From Flavobacteriales bacterium UBA4466 (GTDB taxonomy: Bacteria > Bacteroidota > Bacteroidia > Flavobacteriales_D > Crocinitomicaceae), in NCBI GenBank assembly GCA_905182335.1, contig CAJJBE010000005.1, positions 133,005 to 197,004 on the forward strand: a DNA stretch of 64,000 nucleotides, given 5' to 3'. The notes below the pieces were generated by a model. It was given only the letters and a program-made list of their open reading frames with translations, was not told the origin of the DNA and did no database searches. A program made the position numbers and the translations under genes. Below are positions 10,373 to 19,630 of this stretch, in pieces (positions within the stretch are counted from its first letter, which is position 1; each line of letters opens with the position of its first letter).

Positions 10373-11567
10373 TAACAAAATAGGCTTTTGGCTATTAGTT
10401 TTAGCGGTTGTAGGGACAGTCTTGTTTCCTCCAATCACAATTATTTCCTCTTTTCCCAAAGTAGAAGTTTCGGATGTTACGTTCATTTTACTTACTATTT
10501 ATTCTGTTGGTTTAAATCGAATAGCGCTAGTTAATGTACTTATCAGGTATAAATGGCTATTTATTTCTTTGATTGTCTTAATTTTCACCGCTTCGATTTC
10601 TATCATTTTTAATGACAGAATAACTCAATATAGAGATTGGTTTGAGCCCCTTAAATATATAAAACTGAGTATGCTTTTGGCATATGTTTGTCTTTATTTT
10701 AAAGGTCAAGAAGTAAACAAGATTATAAAATATACATTCTTTGGCATTTTGATTTTTAATCTATTACACTATTTTAATGTGTTTTGTTTCAATGAGTACA
10801 TAGAGGTTTTTTATGCTCCAAAGCATCATTTAGACTTATTTGGACTTAATTCAATAGGAGAACCTTCTACAAGAAGAATGTTAGGAACGTTGGGTAACCC
10901 GAACAATAATGCAATTTTATTTTTGTTGTTTGTTGTTTATTTCTTGCCAAAACGAGCATCTGAGCTAGGAGAGAATGATGTTTATGCCAGTATAGCATCT
11001 ATATTTGTTTTGGCTTGTCAATCCAGAACGGGTTTAGTTATATTGGTTTTAATTCTTTTAGTATATTTTATTCTTCGAAGAAAAAACAGAAAACATATTT
11101 TCTATTACATAGCTATAATTGGTTTTGGCTATATGCTCTTGCAATTAAGCGGCAATGTTTATCTTGGATCCTTGACAGATCTTTCCTTATTGGAATCTGC
11201 AAAACGAGGTCGTTTTGCGCAGTGGAACTTAATTTTTAATGAAATGCCTGGGAAATGGATTTTAGGACACGGAGTAAATAAAGCTTTTTTAGAAGAGCGA
11301 AACATTTATGCTGAAAGTGAGTACCTGCTTATTTTGTTTAGATATGGGCTTATTGGACTGTTTAGTTATGCATCTATTTGCCTTATGTTTTTTAAGTCAA
11401 GTATATCTTCTCTAACCTCTAAGGGCGGAATGATGATACTTGGTGTTTTAATTATTATGATCGTTTCGGGAATCACCAATTCTCCGTTTCACGTAATAAA
11501 ATTATCCGTTTTTATGGTTTTGATAATTGGCATGGGTTTAAATTTGACTGATGAACAGAAAAGCTAA
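10353..11567 (+). CDS. O-antigen polymerase/ligase family membrane protein (Wzy-like) no. 1
   Basis: 404 aa polytopic protein. It has a SRTGLV...periplasmic loop...GHGVN...AESEYLLILFRYGLIGL pattern resembling the Wzy_C domain. It overlaps the upstream gene by 20 nt. Confidence 0.6.
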   Translation: MMNGRNNNKIGFWLLVLAVVGTVLFPPITIISSFPKVEVSDVTFILLTIYSVGLNRIALVNVLIRYKWLFISLIVLIFTASISIIFNDRITQYRDWFEPLKYIKLSMLLAYVCLYFKGQEVNKIIKYTFFGILIFNLLHYFNVFCFNEYIEVFYAPKHHLDLFGLNSIGEPSTRRMLGTLGNPNNNAILFLLFVVYFLPKRASELGENDVYASIASIFVLACQSRTGLVILVLILLVYFILRRKNRKHIFYYIAIIGFGYMLLQLSGNVYLGSLTDLSLLESAKRGRFAQWNLIFNEMPGKWILGHGVNKAFLEERNIYAESEYLLILFRYGLIGLFSYASICLMFFKSSISSLTSKGGMMILGVLIIMIVSGITNSPFHVIKLSVFMVLIIGMGLNLTDEQKS

Positions 11568-12582
11568 GGTATTGTTGATTGGATCGTCAAGTCCACATGT
11601 TGCAAACCATTTGTCTAGAATTGAGTGCAATGATTTTATCATTGAAGTCATTTCGGATAACAATAAGTTTTTACCTCCGAATCAGAAGTTATATAAGATA
11701 GAATTTGCTTTAAAAAACATTTTAAACTGGTTTAAATCTCCTAAGAAAATTCGTGAAATAATATCAACATTTAATCCAGATGTAATTCATGTTCATCAGG
11801 CCAATTCAATTGGTTTTTTTACGGTTTTAGCAAATAGAAAAACTAAAAAACCAATTGTATTAACTGCTTGGGGTAGTGACATATTAATTAATCCTAAGAA
11901 AAGTATTCTGCTGAAAATGATGGTTAAATACATTCTGAGAAATGTTGATGTCATAACTTCCGATTCTGAATATATGGCTAATGTGATTCGAGATTTAAAT
12001 AATAAAGAAGATCAAGATATTATAATCTGTAATTTTGGTGTTCAAGAATTTGACATTCCTATTGAGAAAAAGAAAGTTATTTATTCAAACAGGACACACA
12101 ATCCACTTTATAGAATAGATGAAGTTTTAAAAGCTTTTGCAAGATTTAAAGAAAGTGAAGCTCAAGATGAGTGGATAATTAAAATTGCTGGAAGAGGTTC
12201 TGAAACAGAACGTTTAAAACAATTGGCACAGAAGTTAGACATCGAAAAAAGCATCGAGTTTATTGGATTCGTAGATGCAGAGACAAATGCATCACTTTAT
12301 GCAGAATCGACGTATTTTATTTCAATACCTAATTCTGATGCAACAGCAATGTCTCTTTTAGAAGCAATGTACTTTAAATGCATCCCGATATTAAGTAATT
12401 TGCCGGCAAATAAAGAATGGGTTGAATCAGGAGTTAACGGACTGATTGTCGTGGACTTAAACGCAAATTTTATAAGGGATGCTATTTGTTTTGATCAGGA
12501 CAAAATGGGGTCGTTTAATAGAAATATCGCAATAAGTGAAGGTAATTTTAGAAATGTTTTACTTAAACTAATTAACAATTGA
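11551..12582 (+). CDS. Glycosyltransferase family 4 (GT-B)
   Basis: C-terminal GT1/GT4 block LLEAMYFKCIPILSNLPANKEWVESGVNGLIV. It overlaps the upstream gene by 17 nt. Confidence 0.8.
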   Translation: MNRKAKVLLIGSSSPHVANHLSRIECNDFIIEVISDNNKFLPPNQKLYKIEFALKNILNWFKSPKKIREIISTFNPDVIHVHQANSIGFFTVLANRKTKKPIVLTAWGSDILINPKKSILLKMMVKYILRNVDVITSDSEYMANVIRDLNNKEDQDIIICNFGVQEFDIPIEKKKVIYSNRTHNPLYRIDEVLKAFARFKESEAQDEWIIKIAGRGSETERLKQLAQKLDIEKSIEFIGFVDAETNASLYAESTYFISIPNSDATAMSLLEAMYFKCIPILSNLPANKEWVESGVNGLIVVDLNANFIRDAICFDQDKMGSFNRNIAISEGNFRNVLLKLINN

Positions 12583-13682
12583 AAGTTTGTCATATAACTA
12601 CTGTTCATCAACAAATGGATAGCAGGATTTTTCAAAAAGAATGCCGGAGTCTAGCTAAAGTAGGTTTTGATACAACATTGCTTGTTCTTAATGGTACAAC
12701 CGAAACAGTCGAAGGTGTTAAAATAATATCTCTTGATTACAATGTGAAAGGGAGGATGAAGAGGATTCTTTCTGCTGGAAAAAAAATCTTTAACAAGGCC
12801 GTATCTCTTGAGGCTGACGTTTATCATTTACATGATCCTGAATTATTGAGGATAGCCGTGAAACTAAAGAGAAAAACGGGGGCGAAAGTCATTTACGATT
12901 CACATGAAGACCTTCCAAAACAAGTGTTGGATAAACATTGGATACCATCTTTCATAAGATCGAGTGTCTCAAAGTTTGTTTACAAGTATGAAATGAAAAA
13001 AGCTTCTCAAATTGATGGCATAATTTCAGTTACAGAGAATATTTGCAATAGATTTAAAAAAGCGAATACGAATGTATGTTTAGTTGCGAACTATCCAATT
13101 TTGAGTGAAATGGATCTTGATTCGGTTGTACAGCCAGAAAAAGAAGATAAGGCAATTTGTTATATCGGAGGACTGTTTCCAACAAGAGGTATTAAAGAGT
13201 TGGTTCAGGCGTTAGAACACTGTGATGCTGTTTTAAATTTAGCAGGTGCATTCTCCAGTGTAGCATTTGAAGAGGAGGTAAAAGCGTTGCCCGGATGGTC
13301 AAAAGTTAATTTTTATGGCTATGTGGGAAAAGATGAAATTATCGACATTTTATTGAAATCTAATATTGGTATTGTTACATTACACCCAACGCAGAGTTAT
13401 AAAGAATCGTTACCAATAAAGATGTTTGAGTATATGTCTGCAAGCCTGCCTGTAATAGCTAGTAACTTTGAAATGTGGAAGCCACTTGTTCTAGACAATA
13501 AGTGTGGGATTATGATCGACCCATTAAATGTTACTGAACTTGCGAAACAAATTGATTATTTATTGAGTAATAAGAAACAGGCACTAGACATGGGGAAGGC
13601 AGGTTGTAATGCGGCTCATCGTTTGTATTCATGGGAAACACAAGAAACTACATTAGTTGACTTTTATAATAGTATAGTTTAA
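12579..13682 (+). CDS. Glycosyltransferase family 4 (GT-B)
   Basis: N-terminal MKVCHITTVHQQMDSRIFQKEC block and C-terminal KMFEYMSASLPVIASN...CGIMIDP. ATGA-type 4-nt overlap with the upstream gene. Confidence 0.85.
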   Translation: MKVCHITTVHQQMDSRIFQKECRSLAKVGFDTTLLVLNGTTETVEGVKIISLDYNVKGRMKRILSAGKKIFNKAVSLEADVYHLHDPELLRIAVKLKRKTGAKVIYDSHEDLPKQVLDKHWIPSFIRSSVSKFVYKYEMKKASQIDGIISVTENICNRFKKANTNVCLVANYPILSEMDLDSVVQPEKEDKAICYIGGLFPTRGIKELVQALEHCDAVLNLAGAFSSVAFEEEVKALPGWSKVNFYGYVGKDEIIDILLKSNIGIVTLHPTQSYKESLPIKMFEYMSASLPVIASNFEMWKPLVLDNKCGIMIDPLNVTELAKQIDYLLSNKKQALDMGKAGCNAAHRLYSWETQETTLVDFYNSIV

Positions 13683-14929
13683 TGACGATAACAATGAGAT
13701 ATAAAAAAGTATATGAAGTCAGTTTGGCTTTAATGGCTTTTTTGATGCTTGTTTCTCCAAAACTTATCACAATAGGTATTATTCTGCACTTCGGAATTAC
13801 TGTCATGGGTATTTATAAACGAAAATTAGTTTTCGGAGTAAACCTGATGAATGTCCTGATGGTTCTTCTATACAGCACTTATTTAGTAGGGACAATTTAT
13901 ACAAACCACCCTGATATCGCAGGGAAATACCTGGAGTACAAACTTGCTCTGGTCATTTTTCCGCTACTTTTTTCATTTAAACTCCCAGAAGGATTTTCGT
14001 TGAAATATCCAGGTATTGGAATGTTTAGTGGGGTCATTGTTTTAATGGTTCTAGGTTTCATTAACTCAATCAGTCTATTTGTAGACTCGAATAGTATGTC
14101 CTCATTTTTGAGTGGACAGTTTTCATACATCCATCACCCAACCTATTTTGCTTCATTTGCTTTTGCAGGAATGCTTCTTGTTAACTATGCAAAAGAACAA
14201 CATTGGTTTGGAGCTGAAAAGTGGAAGTATATTGGTTTAGTCATTGTAATGGTGTTGGGGCAGTTGCTCTCATTTTCTTTAGCTGGAATTTTAGTTTTAC
14301 TCATTTATGTAGGCTTTGTACTTTTAAAATGGGTTCAAAGTCGTTTCGGGAAACGCTATTTTATTACCGTTTTACTACTTAGCCCTGTTGTACTGTTTTT
14401 AATTATTTCTAATACACCAGGCTTAAATACGCAGTTTGAAACTTCTAAAAAGTTTATGTTATCGTATGTGAACGACCCCATTGCTTTTATTAAGGTAGAT
14501 CAAACATATGTACAAGGAGATGAAGCTAGGTTGATTATGTGGACCGTTGCTGCCTTAGAATTTGCCGATCATCCAATGGGTGCAGGAACCGGAAATGTAG
14601 ATGAAAAATTAACTGCTCGACTAGAAGAGTATGGGCAGTCAGAAGTGGCAAGTCATAACTACAATCCTCATAATCAGTATTTACAAACAGCTGTAGAAGT
14701 AGGTATTGTTGGATTGATTTTTCTTATTTCAATAATTGCCTACGCGCTGTATTTAGGTTTTCGAATCAAGAATATGTTTATAGCATTTATTGGATTAAAT
14801 TTAGCCTTTAATTCCTTGTTTGAATCAATGTTACAAAGACAAAGTGGAATTGTGTTTTTTGTTTTTTGGTTGTGTTTATCTGCGCTCATGCTATTAAGTG
14901 TAAACAGTAAATCGTATAAGAATTCATGA
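13682..14929 (+). CDS. O-antigen ligase/polymerase family membrane protein (Wzy_C) no. 2
   Basis: Polytopic protein with the classic motif HPMGAGTGN...NPHNQYLQTAVEVGIVGL. TAATG overlap with the upstream gene. Confidence 0.75.
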   Translation: MTITMRYKKVYEVSLALMAFLMLVSPKLITIGIILHFGITVMGIYKRKLVFGVNLMNVLMVLLYSTYLVGTIYTNHPDIAGKYLEYKLALVIFPLLFSFKLPEGFSLKYPGIGMFSGVIVLMVLGFINSISLFVDSNSMSSFLSGQFSYIHHPTYFASFAFAGMLLVNYAKEQHWFGAEKWKYIGLVIVMVLGQLLSFSLAGILVLLIYVGFVLLKWVQSRFGKRYFITVLLLSPVVLFLIISNTPGLNTQFETSKKFMLSYVNDPIAFIKVDQTYVQGDEARLIMWTVAALEFADHPMGAGTGNVDEKLTARLEEYGQSEVASHNYNPHNQYLQTAVEVGIVGLIFLISIIAYALYLGFRIKNMFIAFIGLNLAFNSLFESMLQRQSGIVFFVFWLCLSALMLLSVNSKSYKNS

Positions 14930-15942
14930 AGATTACAGTTGTTATACCTTGCAGAAATGAAGTCCTTTATATTGAGGAGTGTATTCATGCGATTTATAGT
15001 TGTGACCTTCCAGCCGAAACGAACATAGAGATATTTGTTGTAGATGGCATGAGTGATGATGGAACCAGGGATAAGGTGAAAGCAATGTCATTAACGTACC
15101 CAAGCTTGGATATTGTAGATAACGTAAAGCAATTAACCCCTTTTGCATTTAACCTTGGAATATATGCAGGTAAGCATACAGATTTCATTCAAATTGTTGG
15201 TGCACGGCATATCTTAAGTTCAAATTATATCGTGAATTGTTTCACAAAACTTCAAAGCGACTCCTCTACATGGTGCGTTGGAGGGAAAATTGAAAATGAA
15301 TACATCAACGAAGTTGGCGAGGTCATTTCCAGAGCAATGGGGACAACGTTTGGTATGGGGTTAGGTAATTTTAGAACATTAGAAAAATCTGGATTTACCG
15401 ATACTGTAACAAGCCCTATGTATCCGTATTGGGTGTTCGATAAAATTGGCTTTTTCGATGAAGAATTAATTAGAAATCAAGACGATGACTTTAATTATCG
15501 CGTAACATCGGAGGGAGGTCAAATTTTCTATGACAATGACATCTCCTTAAAATACTACGTGCGCGGAAACTTTAAGGGCTTATGGCGTCAGTTTTTTCAA
15601 TATGGTTATTGGAAAGTCTACGTTAATAAAAAACACAAGGCAATTACAACCTTACGCCAATTGGTTCCGCCAGCTTTTGCATTGTATTTAGCGTTGTTAA
15701 TTCCAATTTTATTTGTTGGAAAAATAGTGTTTTTAGTGAGTCTAATTCCTTTAGAATTCTATGTCGTACTGAACATTATTTTCAGTTTAAGGGCTATGCC
15801 CTCGGCAAAAAAGATACTTCATACCTTAATCACATTTCCACTTATTCATATAAGTTATGGTCTTGGATACCTAAAAGGATTAGTAGAATTTATACTTTTG
15901 AATAAGAAACCATCAGAGAGTCAAAAACGACTGTCAAGATAG
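14926..15942 (+). CDS. Glycosyltransferase family 2 with C-terminal TM helices
   Basis: KITVVIPCRNE, VVDGMSDDGT and DDDFNYR (DxD-like) motifs. ATGA overlap with the upstream gene. Confidence 0.85.
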   Translation: MKITVVIPCRNEVLYIEECIHAIYSCDLPAETNIEIFVVDGMSDDGTRDKVKAMSLTYPSLDIVDNVKQLTPFAFNLGIYAGKHTDFIQIVGARHILSSNYIVNCFTKLQSDSSTWCVGGKIENEYINEVGEVISRAMGTTFGMGLGNFRTLEKSGFTDTVTSPMYPYWVFDKIGFFDEELIRNQDDDFNYRVTSEGGQIFYDNDISLKYYVRGNFKGLWRQFFQYGYWKVYVNKKHKAITTLRQLVPPAFALYLALLIPILFVGKIVFLVSLIPLEFYVVLNIIFSLRAMPSAKKILHTLITFPLIHISYGLGYLKGLVEFILLNKKPSESQKRLSR

Positions 15943-15958
15943 AATTAATAGATAGAAT

Positions 15959-17170
15959 ATGATACCATTTTCGCCACCACGTATAGATGACAGAGTAATT
16001 GCAGAAGTTACAGCAGCATTAAAATCTGGTTGGATTACAACAGGTCCTAGGACAAAAAAATTCGAAAAAAACATCACGGAATATACGGGATGTAAAACGA
16101 CGGTAGCAGTAAATTCGTGGACAATGGGTGTTCAGGTCTTATTGTCTTATTGGGGAATAAAGCCCGGAGATGAGGTGATTCTTCCGGCCTATACCTATTG
16201 CGCAAGTGCAAATGTGATTGTTCATGCTGGAGCAACTCCGGTTATGGTCGATTTAAACGAAGACGATTTCAACCTAAATATAGAAAAGGTTCGAGCGGCA
16301 ATTACCCCTAAAACAAAAGCTATTATGGCTGTTGATATTGGGGGGCTTCCTGCAGATTATAACGAACTGATGAATTTGATCAATGAACCTGAAATAAAGG
16401 CAATGTTTAATGCTGGTTCTGACTTTCAAGAAAAACTAGGACGTATTTTGTTGCTAAGTGATTCTGCTCATAGCTTCGGTGCTATGTATCATGGAAAACG
16501 ATCGGGTTCGCTTGCTGATATTTCTTCCTTTTCTTTTCATGCTGTGAAAAACTTAACGACTGCTGAGGGTGGAGCGCTGTGTTTTAATTTACCCCAACAG
16601 TTTAATCATGATGAGATTTACAGTGAAATGTGTACTAAAATATTACACGGACAAAATAAAGATGCGTTAGCTAAAACAAAAAAAGGAAACTGGAGATACG
16701 ACGTTATAGAGCCTGGTTATAAGTGTAATATGACCGATTTACAGGCAGCTATTGGCTTGGTTGAACTAGAACGTTATCAAGAAAATTTAGATCGTAGAAA
16801 AGTGATTTTTGATGCTTATGCAGCGGGGTTTAAAAATGAATCATGGGCAATTCAACCGCTGTACGAATCAGACGTTAAAAGATCAAGTTATCATTTGTAT
16901 CTATTGCGTATTGCAGACATAACAGAAGCTCAAAGAGATGCAATAATTCAAGAGATTTTTGAGCAAGATGTTTCAGTTAATGTACACTTTCAGCCCTTAC
17001 CAATTTTAACGGCATATAAAAATCGAGGTTATAAGATGTCAGACTATCCAGAAGCGTATTCAAAATATGCCAACGAGATCAGTTTGCCTGTTTATTATGA
17101 CCTGTCTGATGACAATGTGAAAAGAGTTATTGCAGCTGTAAAACACGCCGTAAAACATGTAATAGGATGA
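15959..17170 (+). CDS. DegT/DnrJ/EryC1/StrS family PLP-dependent sugar aminotransferase
   Basis: GWITTGPRTKKFE block and FSFHAVKNLTTAEGGAL (PLP lysine). Confidence 0.9.
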   Translation: MIPFSPPRIDDRVIAEVTAALKSGWITTGPRTKKFEKNITEYTGCKTTVAVNSWTMGVQVLLSYWGIKPGDEVILPAYTYCASANVIVHAGATPVMVDLNEDDFNLNIEKVRAAITPKTKAIMAVDIGGLPADYNELMNLINEPEIKAMFNAGSDFQEKLGRILLLSDSAHSFGAMYHGKRSGSLADISSFSFHAVKNLTTAEGGALCFNLPQQFNHDEIYSEMCTKILHGQNKDALAKTKKGNWRYDVIEPGYKCNMTDLQAAIGLVELERYQENLDRRKVIFDAYAAGFKNESWAIQPLYESDVKRSSYHLYLLRIADITEAQRDAIIQEIFEQDVSVNVHFQPLPILTAYKNRGYKMSDYPEAYSKYANEISLPVYYDLSDDNVKRVIAAVKHAVKHVIG

Positions 17171-17754
17171 AAAGAATATTCGACATCGTCGTTTCTAGTT
17201 TCGTACTGCTGTTGTTTTTGCCGTTTGGCATTCTAATTGGCATTCTAATTGCGGCAAGCTCTAGAGGAGGTGTGTTCTATATTCAGCAGCGTGTAGGGGA
17301 AAACCAAAAGTCATTTGGCTTGTTCAAGTTTCGTACAATGGCAATAGATGCCGATAAATCTGGAAAGTTAACTGTTGGTATGCGTGACAGTCGAATAACG
17401 GCTGTTGGCTTCTTTTTAAGAAAATATAAATTGGATGAATTCCCACAATTTATTAATGTACTTAGTGGAACAATGAGTATTGTAGGTCCTCGACCTGAAG
17501 TGCACGAATATGTAGTAATGTATACAGAGTCACAATTAGATGTACTCAAGGTTAAACCTGGCATTACAGACTTGGCTTCGTTAGAATATTTTAATGAAAA
17601 TGATTTGCTCGGAAAGTCTAAAGATCCTCAAAAAACCTATGTAGAAGAGGTGATGCCGGCAAAATTAGACTTGAATAAAAAATACATTTCTAATTCGTCT
17701 ATCGGAGCTGATCTTAAAATTATCTGGAGAACCTTTAAGAAAATTATTTCTTAG
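17167..17754 (+). CDS. Small (PglC/WcfS-like) undecaprenyl-phosphate sugar phosphotransferase
   Basis: 195 aa with one N-terminal hairpin helix. Motifs KFRTM, DEFPQFINVLSGTMSIVGPRPE. 4-nt overlap with the aminotransferase. Its stop overlaps the stop of the convergent ZIP gene. Confidence 0.9.
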   Translation: MKRIFDIVVSSFVLLLFLPFGILIGILIAASSRGGVFYIQQRVGENQKSFGLFKFRTMAIDADKSGKLTVGMRDSRITAVGFFLRKYKLDEFPQFINVLSGTMSIVGPRPEVHEYVVMYTESQLDVLKVKPGITDLASLEYFNENDLLGKSKDPQKTYVEEVMPAKLDLNKKYISNSSIGADLKIIWRTFKKIIS

Positions 17755-18482
17755 TGCATAAAAAACGCTAGAGAACATCCCCCTAAAATAGTCAAGAGCT
17801 TTAGAAAATTGAATTTGTGATTCTCACTTGTCTCAAATATAATTGTAGTTGAAATGTGTAAGAACATTCCGACTACAATAGCCAATATGATGTTAAAGTC
17901 AAAATCAACAATGTGGCTTGTGTTGTACCCGATATAAACGCCAACAGGAGTCGTTATTGCAAACAGACCAATAATTAACCAAGACTTCATCTTTGTGGCC
18001 TTAGAGATTGATAAAAGTGTCATTAAAGCAATTGCAACGGGTAATCGATGAAATAAAATACCAAGTAACAGGGAATTGTCATTGCCGTGATGGTGAGCCG
18101 TTGCAATTTCTATCCCCCCTAGCTGAGTTCCTAAAGGAATTCCTTCTAAAATAGCGTGAACACTTAAGGCGATAACGAGTGCAATTGGAATTGCATCCCC
18201 TTTATGAGCATGAACATGACCGTGTTCTATTCCTCCAGAAAAGAACTCAAGAATTAATTGAATTAAAAACCCAATTAAAATATAGAGACCAACATTCTGA
18301 TCGGCATGTGCGTATAGTTCAGGAATGAAATGGATAAAAGCAATGGATAATAAAAAACCACCACTAAACGCAAGCATTAATTTGATGATTTGCTCATTTT
18401 TGGATCGTTGAATTAATGAAACTAGCATTCCGCCAAATAAGACAGAAACAACAAGAGCAATATTGATTAAAATGAGTTCCAT
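17751..18482 (-). CDS. ZIP family divalent-metal transporter
   Basis: 243 aa with about 8 TM segments. His-rich loop GIEHGHVHAHKGD and HAILEGIPLG motif. Confidence 0.85.
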   Translation of the reverse strand: MELILINIALVVSVLFGGMLVSLIQRSKNEQIIKLMLAFSGGFLLSIAFIHFIPELYAHADQNVGLYILIGFLIQLILEFFSGGIEHGHVHAHKGDAIPIALVIALSVHAILEGIPLGTQLGGIEIATAHHHGNDNSLLLGILFHRLPVAIALMTLLSISKATKMKSWLIIGLFAITTPVGVYIGYNTSHIVDFDFNIILAIVVGMFLHISTTIIFETSENHKFNFLKLLTILGGCSLAFFMH

Positions 18483-19213
18483 TATTTTTTTTGAGCAATT
18501 ATGATTAATCGATCTGAATCTTTTTCGTTGAATTCGGACAAGTTGAAGTCTCCAAAAGTACGAAGAATTTCGAAATTACAAGCGCTCAATAAATTCTCGA
18601 AGTCATCCTTTTTTAAGGCTTGGACCCTTTCTGTGTAAGAAAATGATTTTCCAATATCTTCAAACTTGATCTCCTTATATATGTGATTCCCATCGTATCG
18701 TCTAGAAATATTGAACACAAGTTCATCAACACGTTTGACTTCTGTTTCCACAAGATTCTCAATTACGCGCTTGGCATTCATAAAGTCTATTACTAAAACT
18801 CCTTCATTACTTAGCATGGAGTGAATAGAATTAAGCACTTTTTTATTGTCTTTTGTACCATTAAAATAGCCAAAGCTTGTGAAGAGATTGAATATCACAT
18901 TGAATGATTTATTCTCTATTATCTCACGCATGTCATGGACAGCAAAGCGTAAACGATCATTTTTATATTGGTTTGCTGAGGCAATACTCGCAGGAGACAA
19001 ATCAACTCCCAACACATCATAACCTAATTTATTTAGAGTTACAGAGTGACGACCTTTGCCACATGCCAAATCTAACACCTTAACTGTTTTTGGTAATTTT
19101 AAGTGATGAATCAGATTCATAACAAATTTTTCTGCTTCAGAATCATCTCTATTTTTATATAGTGTGTGATAATACGATGTGTCAAACCAAGATGTGAACC
19201 ATTCTTTTTCCAT
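18482..19213 (-). CDS. Class I SAM-dependent methyltransferase
   Basis: Motif I VLDLACGKGRHS. TAATG overlap with the downstream ZIP gene. Confidence 0.85.
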   Translation of the reverse strand: MEKEWFTSWFDTSYYHTLYKNRDDSEAEKFVMNLIHHLKLPKTVKVLDLACGKGRHSVTLNKLGYDVLGVDLSPASIASANQYKNDRLRFAVHDMREIIENKSFNVIFNLFTSFGYFNGTKDNKKVLNSIHSMLSNEGVLVIDFMNAKRVIENLVETEVKRVDELVFNISRRYDGNHIYKEIKFEDIGKSFSYTERVQALKKDDFENLLSACNFEILRTFGDFNLSEFNEKDSDRLIIIAQKK

Positions 19214-19216
19214 TCC

Positions 19217-19506
19217 TTAAAAGTACGTTATCTTTTCAGTTACCGCTAAGCAAACACTAATATCTACACATTGTGCAGTGTTTCTAGTAGTAAAAGAATA
19301 AATTAAATCAGTTGCTCCACCTTGATTTCCTACATCTGCACAACTAGCAAAATAATCGTCTGTCGCACCCAATGTACCACCTTGTGCAGAATATAGGGTA
19401 TTGAAGTTATAACAGTTGCATTTGCCCAGGTTTCACCGCCTGATTGAGATTGAGAAATACAATTTATCGATATGTCTAGAAAGACTAAAAAGAGGATAGG
19501 TTTCAT
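19217..19506 (-). pseudogene. Frameshifted and truncated 5' remnant of a secreted-protein gene
   Basis: ATG at 19506 opens a signal peptide MKPILFLVFLDISINCISQSQSGGETWANATVITSIPY. A frame change near 19389-19396 is then needed to read SAQGGTLGATDDYFASCADVGNQGGATDLIYSFTTRNTAQCVDISVC...*. The length of 290 nt is not a multiple of 3. Confidence 0.55.
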
Positions 19507-19630
19507 TTACTTTGTTTATAAAAAAAATGTTTTTAATAGTATAGCTTTAAGTTTTAAAACTAAAACCTATTGGTACAACTTTTAATTGATTATCTTGTAA
19601 ATGTAAAACAAAAATAGTCAATGATTTAAG

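Noticed and set aside
11015-15188. Nested ORFs in the polysaccharide operon (11015-11239, 13897-14130, 14740-14988, 14942-15148, 14994-15188).
   Set aside because: They are short, overlap better-supported genes, and have no motifs. Such ORFs are expected in AT-rich DNA.
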